Assembly (NCBI GenBank): GCA_036488585.1 | Contig: DASXHH010000009.1 | Coordinates: forward strand, 64,399 to 128,398 | Reading direction: 5' to 3' | Source of the DNA: Candidatus Saccharimonadia bacterium | GTDB lineage: Bacteria > Patescibacteriota > Saccharimonadia > UBA4664 | Length of the DNA stretch: 64,000 nt | Shown here: positions 30,232 to 37,807 of the stretch, piece after piece | How positions within the stretch are numbered: position 1 is the first letter of the stretch | How the letters are laid out: the number at the start of each line of letters is the position of its first letter | Program-made: the position numbers and the translations under genes | The notes under the pieces: model-generated | The model's input: the letters and a program-made list of their open reading frames with translations, nothing else | The model's database searches: none | What the model was told of the DNA's origin: nothing

Positions 30232-31046
30232 GCACGGTGGCTTCAAAGGACGGCACCAAGATTGCGTTTGATAAGAGTGGCAGTGGGCCGGCGCTAATAC
30301 TTGTGAGCGGGGCGACCGGTTACCGGGATATGAGCTACGGCAACGAGCTAGTTAAGCTACTGGAACCGCACTTTACCGTGTTCGACTACGACCGGAGGGG
30401 CCGGGGTGAGAGTGGCGACACCCAACCGTTTGCACTAGAGCGGGAGATTGAAGATATCCAAGCCCTAATCCGTGAGGCGGGTGGTGAGGCGTTTGTATAC
30501 GGAATTTCATCCGGGGGAGCATTGGTGCTCGAGACGGCGCTGAAGTTAGGTCCGAATATGGTTAAAAGCATCGCGGTTTACGAGGCACCTTACGATGACA
30601 GCAAGGATGGCAATCAGTCCTTTATTGATTACTACCAGAATTTACAGATGGCGTTAAAAGCTGGCGACCGAGAGCGTGCAATTAAACTGTTTATGACGCT
30701 CGTGGGGGTACCGGAGCCAATGATAGAGGGCATGAAGCAGTCACCAATGTGGAGCCGGATGCTGTCGATCGCACCGACCCTGGCCTATGACGCTGAGGCG
30801 ATGGGCGGCCGGGCGGGCCGGGAGGTGCCAGTAGAAAAGATGCGTGAAATGAGGGTACCGGCGCTAATAATGGACGGCGAGGCCAGCCGGCAGCAAATGC
30901 CATTTATGGCGGATACGGCCGATAAGCTAGCGGCGGCCATCCCGGGTGCTAAGCGCCGCACTCTGCCGGGACAAACCCACGCGGTCGATGCTAAGGTGTT
31001 AGCGCCGGCGCTGATCGAATACTTTAGCGCCTTGGTATCCGCCTAA
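30228..31046 (+). CDS. Alpha/beta hydrolase
   Basis: YDRRGRGESGD, GISSGG and GQTH motifs. Confidence 0.9.
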   Translation: MSTVASKDGTKIAFDKSGSGPALILVSGATGYRDMSYGNELVKLLEPHFTVFDYDRRGRGESGDTQPFALEREIEDIQALIREAGGEAFVYGISSGGALVLETALKLGPNMVKSIAVYEAPYDDSKDGNQSFIDYYQNLQMALKAGDRERAIKLFMTLVGVPEPMIEGMKQSPMWSRMLSIAPTLAYDAEAMGGRAGREVPVEKMREMRVPALIMDGEASRQQMPFMADTADKLAAAIPGAKRRTLPGQTHAVDAKVLAPALIEYFSALVSA

Positions 31047-31080
31047 ATTGGCATAGTGAAGCCCCGCCAAGTGTAGCGAG

Positions 31081-31123
31081 GCTTCAACCGGCGGACCTTT
31101 ATTGCGGGTCCGCCGGTTGAAGC
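31081..31123. terminator. 17-bp perfect inverted repeat between convergent genes
   Basis: GCTTCAACCGGCGGACC-N9-GGTCCGCCGGTTGAAGC. Confidence 0.7.
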
Positions 31124-31142
31124 GGCTGCCCCTGGCGGGGCG

Positions 31143-32303
31143 TTATTTGGGTGATGGCACCCAGATGATGTTGAGCGATGTGAGTTTGTCGCCATAGGCG
31201 CGCACCGTTGGACCGATAAAGTCGTCGGTGAACATCTTCTTGGCTTCAGCCTCGGCGCTCGCGATTACCTGCGAACTGATCACCCCGGAGGGAGTGCCGC
31301 TAACCATCTTCACGCCGTCGATCTTGACGGCCTGACCGGTGGCCAACGCGAAGGCGATCTGCTGCATTAGCTTGCCCATCTCGTCGTTCGAGAAATGGGG
31401 GTTGAGCAAGCCGCCGCAGCCGAAGCCGGGGTACGTCCAGGAGTGATCGGGCTTGCCGAACGTACCCGAGAGGGTGTTGTCGACACTCACCTGGTGCACA
31501 GTCGGCAGCGTGGGGGTAGGCAGAGCCAGACTCACGGTTACCTGATGGCCAATGCGGCGCATCACATAGTGGCCAGTGCTTGATGCCCACCAGTCAGACC
31601 CGGGATTGAGGCTGACGTAGGCCGAGGCGCTGGCCTGGGCGTGGTAGCCCTGGGAGTACCAGCACGGCCACGGCCCAATGTCATGTGAGGCCGTGCGCGT
31701 GAAGTCGAAGGCGAAGTTGGCCTGCCCGAGAGCTGGCTTGTCGACGCCTATGACTTGCTGCAGGATCGCTGGGCCGAGCATGTCGACCGAGTTAGTGCCC
31801 GCCGCAGTCTTAGCTGCGCCGTGAACCCAGCCCTCGACGATGCTGACCGGAGAGCGGAGGTGAAGGAACCGAGCGAAGGCAGAGCCTTCGAACAGTCCTC
31901 CCGCGATCTGCCAGGCCATTAGCAATGCCACGAACAGCGCAGCGAGCTTGAATACCCACTTGCCCGTGGTAAGCCAAAGAAACAGGCGGATCAAGCGGAC
32001 TCGCCGGGTGCTGCGGCCAGCGGGCTGGCGGCTAGGCCCTTGGGACCAGTCGCTGTAGCCCTGGTTCTGATAGCCCGGCGGGAATACCGTGGTCGGCTGA
32101 GCCGGCGGCGGCACGTACGCGGCCGGGACCGGGTACTGCGGATCCGCAGGCGGTGGCGACGCCGTAGGGCCCCCGGTACGCCAGGGCGGCGTAGTCGGTG
32201 GGGCCTGGGGCGGCGCGGGTGTCGGGTTGGTGCCTGGCCAGGTGGCGTCGGTACCGGGCTGGCCCGAGCCGCCACCATTGTATCGTGGGTCCTGGTAAAC
32301 CAT
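31143..32303 (-). CDS. Membrane protein: Pro-rich cytoplasmic N-terminus, TM, extracellular beta domain (DUF4230-like)
   Basis: AAAGAGGTG SD; PPWR/Pro-rich N-terminus; TM LAALFVALLMAWQIAGG; V-L-LPTP motif; two Cys. Confidence 0.7.
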   Translation of the reverse strand: MVYQDPRYNGGGSGQPGTDATWPGTNPTPAPPQAPPTTPPWRTGGPTASPPPADPQYPVPAAYVPPPAQPTTVFPPGYQNQGYSDWSQGPSRQPAGRSTRRVRLIRLFLWLTTGKWVFKLAALFVALLMAWQIAGGLFEGSAFARFLHLRSPVSIVEGWVHGAAKTAAGTNSVDMLGPAILQQVIGVDKPALGQANFAFDFTRTASHDIGPWPCWYSQGYHAQASASAYVSLNPGSDWWASSTGHYVMRRIGHQVTVSLALPTPTLPTVHQVSVDNTLSGTFGKPDHSWTYPGFGCGGLLNPHFSNDEMGKLMQQIAFALATGQAVKIDGVKMVSGTPSGVISSQVIASAEAEAKKMFTDDFIGPTVRAYGDKLTSLNIIWVPSPK

Positions 32304-32370
32304 GGTGGTTCACCTCTTTCCTTCCATACACGAGTTGGCCCGGGTCCCACGAAGGAGACCCGGGCACGGT

Positions 32371-34830
32371 TTACAGATTGGACTGGCCTGACCCCGGAGG
32401 GTAGGCGATGATGCTGGCCATGCGTACGGGACTAATTCCGTTCGCACTGATGTTGGCACCCTCAGCGTAGGCTTTGAATGCCAACTCCAGCTCGGAGTTG
32501 GTCCACTCCGCACTCCTTGCGTTGATACCCACTTGCAGCGTGCGCCCGATGAACTGGTCAACGAGTAGCGGCAGGGAGTATTGGCGCAGGGTACTGGGGA
32601 CCTTGAGTTGTGCCAGGGCAGCGATGATCTGCCAGGGCACGCCGGTGGCCGATGACAGCCGCTTATAGACGGGACGACCAGCGGCAACGGCGGCCTTTGG
32701 GCCCTTGTCGTACGCTGCCATGTGCTTGAGAGACACGTTGACATGGTCCGCTACGACGAGCTTAACGGGAGCACCGGTTGGTTGACGGTAGGACATCAGC
32801 TGGGCCTGGGCCGGTGCACTGGGCACCGGGGACCCAACTGGAGCCTGGCGGGTACTGGTGGGAGCACTGGGAGTGCTCCTCCAGGGCGGAACAGCGACGG
32901 AACCGGCGCGCCAGGGTGGCGTGGGGTCCCTCCAGGGCGGGGTCTGGGTACCAGGCGTAATCGTCTGTGACCCGTTGCCCGCTGGGCTGACATCCGCGGT
33001 GAGCGCGACAAACGCCGGAGCCCCGAGACCACCAGTGTTGGTGGTCGGAGATGGCGCTGGCGGTGTCGGTGAGCCCTCCGGAGAGAGCATCGACGGTGCC
33101 AGCACATCGCCCGGAGTTAGGGTTTGGCCCGACGGTTGCCGCCCAGACCCGTGCTGCGGTGCCGACTGGTGGTCGGCTGAACCGTTGCTCGAGTGTTGGC
33201 TAGGAGTCTGCACCGGTGCTTGTGACGACTGGCCGCTGGAAGCGGGCATGTCGTTGAAGCGGTACAGGTTGAATGTCCGCATCAGCCCGATCAGGCTTTG
33301 ACCATAATTTGGATCCGTCGCGTAGACCCCGGTGAGGCCGTTGGCAAACGCGTCCGCGTCATGGTGGCCGGGCTGCCACTGCGCTAGAGCGGCACCGTAG
33401 TAACCGTTGTGCAACAGCGCGCCGTGATCGTCGATGCTCTCGGCGAAGTTGTGGTAGACGCGGAATTGCGCGTCGATCGTGACCCACTGGCCGCCCTGGA
33501 ATTCCTGGGTGGGCAGTGTAACGCTGCCGGCCGGGCCGGAGCCCTTGATGCCGAACAGGTTATTGTCGACGGACGAGAGACTGCTTTGGCCCCATGCTGA
33601 CTCGGTGATGGCCTGAGCGATGGTGACCGAGGATGGTACACCGAACTTGGCCTGAGCCTGCTGAGCACCCAACACCAGCGAGTTAATGAAATCCCGCTGG
33701 AACTGGGTGCCGATTTGTTGGACCGGCACCTGCGAAGAGCTCGAGGCCGGGCTGGCCGGCGCCTTGGGCCTTGCGGACCTGAGCGCTGGCGCTGGATTGT
33801 GCTTGGTGTACCGCGGCGTCTTCGGCTGGTCGGCGTGGAATTGGTCGGCATAGCCGGCACCAACCACGAGACTCGGAGCAGCGATACCCCCCGGCACGAC
33901 CGAGGTCGTCGGAGAGGCTGACGCGCCCTGAGAGCCACTGTCGGCCGAGGCTCCGGCGAAACCGGGAGCCGAGAGACCGCCAGCGACCGTCCAGTTGTCG
34001 TTCGACTGCTGGGCAGCCGATGACTGAGGCGTCTGCGGAACCTGTGGAGCCTGGTGAGGGTGGGTTTGCTGCCCGGTACCAGGGGCTGCCTGGTGGCCGG
34101 GCAGGGATACACCCTGCGGCAGGCTCATGTCGATGTAGCCGGTAATGCCGCTATCGAGCGGCCGGTGGTGATTGCCGAGGTCCGGACCATCGTCCGCACC
34201 AAAGACCGTGTCACCGGGACCGACCATAACAATGTGTTGCCCACCGTAGACCGCCAGATCGCCCGGCTCAGGCTGGTAGCCGTCGCCGACCGGGTGGTTA
34301 CGGGATTGACCGTTAATGGGGTTCTGGTCAGCCCACTGCATCCAGGAGCCGTCGCCGTCGACCCGCCAGATCACCCAGTCCTTGGTTTCAGGATACGCCT
34401 GGGGGACACGGGGATTGGATACCCAGTAAATGCCGAAGGCCTCCTCCACATTGTGGATCACGACCGACTGGGCTTGGGCGCACTGGGCGCCGTTATTGCC
34501 GTCGCCAGCATCACCCCACCATTGACTACGGCTGGGGTTGAGAGCCATCTCCCGCTGCCATTCGGCAATGAGAGCGGCCCGCCACCCTGCGTTGTTTTGC
34601 TGGGCACGGTACTGGGAGGCCGTCACGGTCTTCGTGACGTTGGCCATTGTGGCTGCGTCCAGCACCAGATTGGTGTTGGGCTGGGCGGCATCGGGCTGTA
34701 CAAAAGTGATGTCCTTCACGACTTGCTGCCCGGCAGTTACCCCGATGGTAACTACTGCCATGCCCGCAACGCCGCGATGGAATGCACTAATACTAGTGGG
34801 ACCCCTGGTCCCGGCATCGTGGTCGGCCAT
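32371..34830 (-). CDS. Multidomain peptidoglycan hydrolase: CHAP/NlpC-like + GH73 glucosaminidase + degenerate lysozyme-like tail
   Basis: QCA...PEPGDLAVY..HIVMV (Cys/His); AQAITESAWG, NNLFGIKG, FRVY and YATDPNY (GH73); GVPWQIIAA tail; ATG 34830 with GAAAGGGG SD. Confidence 0.85.
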   Translation of the reverse strand: MADHDAGTRGPTSISAFHRGVAGMAVVTIGVTAGQQVVKDITFVQPDAAQPNTNLVLDAATMANVTKTVTASQYRAQQNNAGWRAALIAEWQREMALNPSRSQWWGDAGDGNNGAQCAQAQSVVIHNVEEAFGIYWVSNPRVPQAYPETKDWVIWRVDGDGSWMQWADQNPINGQSRNHPVGDGYQPEPGDLAVYGGQHIVMVGPGDTVFGADDGPDLGNHHRPLDSGITGYIDMSLPQGVSLPGHQAAPGTGQQTHPHQAPQVPQTPQSSAAQQSNDNWTVAGGLSAPGFAGASADSGSQGASASPTTSVVPGGIAAPSLVVGAGYADQFHADQPKTPRYTKHNPAPALRSARPKAPASPASSSSQVPVQQIGTQFQRDFINSLVLGAQQAQAKFGVPSSVTIAQAITESAWGQSSLSSVDNNLFGIKGSGPAGSVTLPTQEFQGGQWVTIDAQFRVYHNFAESIDDHGALLHNGYYGAALAQWQPGHHDADAFANGLTGVYATDPNYGQSLIGLMRTFNLYRFNDMPASSGQSSQAPVQTPSQHSSNGSADHQSAPQHGSGRQPSGQTLTPGDVLAPSMLSPEGSPTPPAPSPTTNTGGLGAPAFVALTADVSPAGNGSQTITPGTQTPPWRDPTPPWRAGSVAVPPWRSTPSAPTSTRQAPVGSPVPSAPAQAQLMSYRQPTGAPVKLVVADHVNVSLKHMAAYDKGPKAAVAAGRPVYKRLSSATGVPWQIIAALAQLKVPSTLRQYSLPLLVDQFIGRTLQVGINARSAEWTNSELELAFKAYAEGANISANGISPVRMASIIAYPPGSGQSNL

Positions 34831-35073
34831 TCCAGGCCCCTTTCTTGTCGAGTTGCTCAAGGGTCTCACCTTCTTTCGCGAATTTTCAAAGACCCTGGAT
34901 TGGATGGCTATAGGAGCCAGCAATCAGCCGTGATAACTTTCCACGACTTGCCTATTAGGCCCGGGGAACTGGACCGAACAAGCAGCTCGCGATAAGTTAC
35001 ACAAACCTACATGCGCTCGTCGGTTCCGGCGGGTGAAAGCAGGCCCATGCTTTACCACTCTAGCTTTGGCGTT

Positions 35074-35102
35074 ATCCTACCATCGATCTGGGAATATTGC
35101 AA
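35074..35102 (-). promoter_or_regulatory. Sigma70-type promoter for the GH73 gene (long 5' leader)
   Basis: TTGCAA-N17-TAGGAT with TG extension, ~240 nt upstream of ATG 34830. Confidence 0.55.
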
Positions 35103-35123
35103 GGAAACTTAGACATTAATAAC

Positions 35124-35201
35124 AAAAAAACCAGGTAGCCTTGAGGCTATTCCTGGATGATTGGGGTGGGCCGGGCCCGGGGATGTAAAACCCCGGGCCC
35201 G
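35124..35201 (-). terminator. Tandem hairpins, the second with U-tract
   Basis: CGGGCCCGGGG/CCCCGGGCCCG (35172-35201), then CCAGGAATAGCC-tcaa-GGCTACCTGG-TTTTTTT on the minus strand. Confidence 0.7.
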
Positions 35202-35205
35202 ATCC

Positions 35206-36678
35206 TTACACCAGCAACTTCGCATGGTTCTTCTCGATCCAGGCTAGGGCGGCCTGGGCGTTCTTGTTACCCGGAGAGTCCGGGTTGGCGAAAAGGACCA
35301 TAGCGGCGTTGGCCGCGGTGTTGAGCACAGACTGATCGACCTTGGCCCCCTGGGTGGTTGCCCACTTGAGGTAAAGATCATGGACTAGGGCGATCTTGCC
35401 CTGGTCGGTCAGGTTCTGGCTGTGACAGACGACGACGCCATTAAGGTTTGTCGTCTTGGCCTCACCGGTGTACCGGGCGCAGTTGCTTGCGCTACTTTCC
35501 AGACCCGCTGTGGGCTGCGCCGCCGTTCCATCCACAAACGCGTTGAGGATGAGGGCGCCGACTTTGAGCGAGTCCTCTGGATCATTCCAGTGGAAAGCGT
35601 GGGTCAGACGCAGAGCAATGGCGTACTGCTGGGCCTCAGCGAGAGGCACCGGCAGCAACCCTTGCCGCGGCTGCGCGCCTTTCTGCGGCGGCTTTCCGAC
35701 GTAGTTGGGATTGTCGCCCGACGTCAGGTACGCCAACACCCAGAGGATGTTCTGACCATCGGCGCAGGCGAACTGGGGCGCTCCCGGAACGGCGGTGTTG
35801 GGATCCTTGCAGGCGGCCGCGGCCCAGGTCTTCACCTGAGAGACGCTGGCCGGGTAGCTAGGACCTCCGCCACGGAGTAGCGTCGTTGCCAGGCAGACCA
35901 TGACTACGATGGCTAGCACGGTCCCGATGAGCCCACTTCGCCCAAGCCAGCCACCCAGCTTCCTGGCCGCCCTAACTTGCGGCGGCTTAACAGAAGGAAT
36001 AACCGTGCCGACCTTAGTGGTGTCGTCGATCAGTACGGGGCGCCGGGAACGCGATGTGCGACCCCTCTTCTGACGTGAGTGTGTGTCGTCTTGGACGGGC
36101 CCCTCGGCCGAAGCCGGCGCATACTGGTGGTAGGCGCCGGTCAGCGGCCCGTCACCGAATGCGGCGGTCGGGTAACTGGGTCCGGCTGGGGAGTCGACCT
36201 GGGGTGGTGAGTACTCGTACCAGCCGGAGGCCGGTCCCGGTGGAGCCGTAAACGCGCCCGTGATGGGCGAGGACGGCGGCTGGGGACTGAACGCCGGTGG
36301 CTGCGGGGGCAGGTTGCGCGATTCCTGGGTGAACCTCGAAATCAAGGTATCCCAGATCTCGCTTCGCCGGGTCGCATGAGCCGCAATGTGCCCGCGAACT
36401 TCACCGAGCTCGACGAATACAGCATCGGTGCCGTCCTCGGGCGTAGGCTCAGCGCCGCCAAGTACGCGGAGGAGCCAGTTTTGGCGCGCATGGAGTTGGG
36501 CCAGGATTCCATCCAGGCCTTCCCTCATTTGCGTCTCAAGCGCCGAGTACTTGGCTCTCAAGTCGGACTCGGTGAGAACGACCACCTTCCGTTGCCGATC
36601 AAGAGCGAGCTCGAGGGCCTTGTACCTGGTCATCACCTCCGGGAGCGAAAGCGGGATTGCCCCTGGTGTTGTTTCCAT
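35206..36678 (-). CDS. Bitopic membrane protein: coiled coil + Pro-rich cytoplasmic part, TM, extracellular lysozyme/SLT-like domain
   Basis: TM LIGTVLAIVVMVCLA; AYLTSGDNPN...RQGLLPV...DPEDSLKVGA resembles SLT ES/GLMQ/DP-N motifs; GAAGGGAG SD before ATG 36678. Confidence 0.65.
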   Translation of the reverse strand: METTPGAIPLSLPEVMTRYKALELALDRQRKVVVLTESDLRAKYSALETQMREGLDGILAQLHARQNWLLRVLGGAEPTPEDGTDAVFVELGEVRGHIAAHATRRSEIWDTLISRFTQESRNLPPQPPAFSPQPPSSPITGAFTAPPGPASGWYEYSPPQVDSPAGPSYPTAAFGDGPLTGAYHQYAPASAEGPVQDDTHSRQKRGRTSRSRRPVLIDDTTKVGTVIPSVKPPQVRAARKLGGWLGRSGLIGTVLAIVVMVCLATTLLRGGGPSYPASVSQVKTWAAAACKDPNTAVPGAPQFACADGQNILWVLAYLTSGDNPNYVGKPPQKGAQPRQGLLPVPLAEAQQYAIALRLTHAFHWNDPEDSLKVGALILNAFVDGTAAQPTAGLESSASNCARYTGEAKTTNLNGVVVCHSQNLTDQGKIALVHDLYLKWATTQGAKVDQSVLNTAANAAMVLFANPDSPGNKNAQAALAWIEKNHAKLLV

Positions 36679-36804
36679 TATTCTCACTCCCTTCAGGAGT
36701 ATCTAGTAGGAAACGGGTGGCTTTTATTGCTGGTATGAACTTTTGAATGATCGGCAACGGAAACTAGCGGCGTGAGCCGCTCCTTTCCACCACTTTTCGT
36801 GATT

Positions 36805-36833
36805 AGAATACCATCATTCTGTCAGTTATGCAA
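36805..36833 (-). promoter_or_regulatory. Sigma70-type promoter
   Basis: TTGCAT-N17-TATTCT with TG extension. Confidence 0.5.
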
Positions 36834-36880
36834 ATGCATTTTAGATAGCGCTACCAAGGGAAATTAGCTACCAGCCAAAG

Positions 36881-37258
36881 CTACAGCTTACGGATTTTAA
36901 TAATTACCCGGCGGTCACCCTCGCTTAGCCAGGGGTAGGGCTTGCCGAGATATTTCTGTGACAGCTTATTGATGTGCTCGCGAGCACCGTCCTCGGTGAT
37001 CTCGGCCACTTCACCGCGCAAACTGACTTTATCGTAGGGGTCGTCTTGGCTGACTGCCGCCAGGGCAACGCGTTTGTCGTGCTCGAGGTTGCGCGCTTTT
37101 ACGCGGTGGCGCTCGGTGTTAATTACCACCAGATCATCGCCTTCTACGTCTGCCCAGACCGGGGAGACTTGGGGTGAGCCGTCAGGGTTGAGAGTGGCAA
37201 CGAAGACGAAATTTTTGCCGCTTAAGATTTGACGCTCTGAGTCTGTGATCTTACTCAT
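36881..37258 (-). CDS. PPOX-class F420-dependent oxidoreductase (Rv1155-like)
   Basis: VATLNPDGSPQVSPVW, KARNLEHDKRVAL, HINKLSQKY-G-PYP and RVIIKI motifs. Confidence 0.88.
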   Translation of the reverse strand: MSKITDSERQILSGKNFVFVATLNPDGSPQVSPVWADVEGDDLVVINTERHRVKARNLEHDKRVALAAVSQDDPYDKVSLRGEVAEITEDGAREHINKLSQKYLGKPYPWLSEGDRRVIIKIRKL

Positions 37259-37366
37259 GTGGGGACTCCTTTTCTAGTAAACGATCATAGCGTTTTGGCA
37301 CTAGAATGGCAGGTTAAGTAGAATGTGCAGGCAACAGAGTGTTTATGCTTTTAGAAGAGCTAACTT

Positions 37367-37783
37367 TTACTTGGCCGGGCTGCTATCGCTTGCCCCGGTA
37401 AACGGCGGCAATTTGAGGAGGTTTCGAACCAGCGACATAACATCTGTGATAAGAACTTGTGACTTTACGAAATAGTCGTCGGCGCCGAGGTCCTTAGCCC
37501 GCTGGCGGTCACTGGCTTGCCCCAGCGCCGATAGCACAACGATCTTAGTGTTTCTGGTTTCGGCGGTATTCTTGAGAATATCGAGAACTTCGAAGCCAGA
37601 CAGCTTTGGCATCATGACGTCGAGCAGAATAAGATCCGGCTGAAAGTCCCTAGCCGCCTGAAGGGCATCTTCGCCATTTTGCACATGCTTTGTCTCAAGT
37701 CCCTCCGCCTCAAGGCGCATTTTGTAGAGACCAGCAAATTCCAAATCATCTTCTACTAGTAGGACTCGTCGTGGTGTATTCAT
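37367..37783 (-). CDS. Single-domain response regulator receiver
   Basis: LVEDD, LLDVMMPKLSG and GADDYFVK motifs. Confidence 0.92.
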   Translation of the reverse strand: MNTPRRVLLVEDDLEFAGLYKMRLEAEGLETKHVQNGEDALQAARDFQPDLILLDVMMPKLSGFEVLDILKNTAETRNTKIVVLSALGQASDRQRAKDLGADDYFVKSQVLITDVMSLVRNLLKLPPFTGASDSSPAK

Positions 37784-37807
37784 ATAGACAATGCTACCAC
37801 AACGGGA

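Noticed and set aside
34054-34995. 313-aa plus-strand ORF and other long antisense ORFs (e.g. 7770-8549, 41830-42585, 42619-43488)
   Set aside because: Shadow ORFs expected at high GC opposite well-supported genes.
34975-35001. TGTAAC in the GH73 leader, and a GGGCCTAA resemblance to the c-di-GMP-I riboswitch nearby
   Set aside because: The -10 does not match CGTT, and the GCAAA/GAAA elements of the riboswitch are absent.
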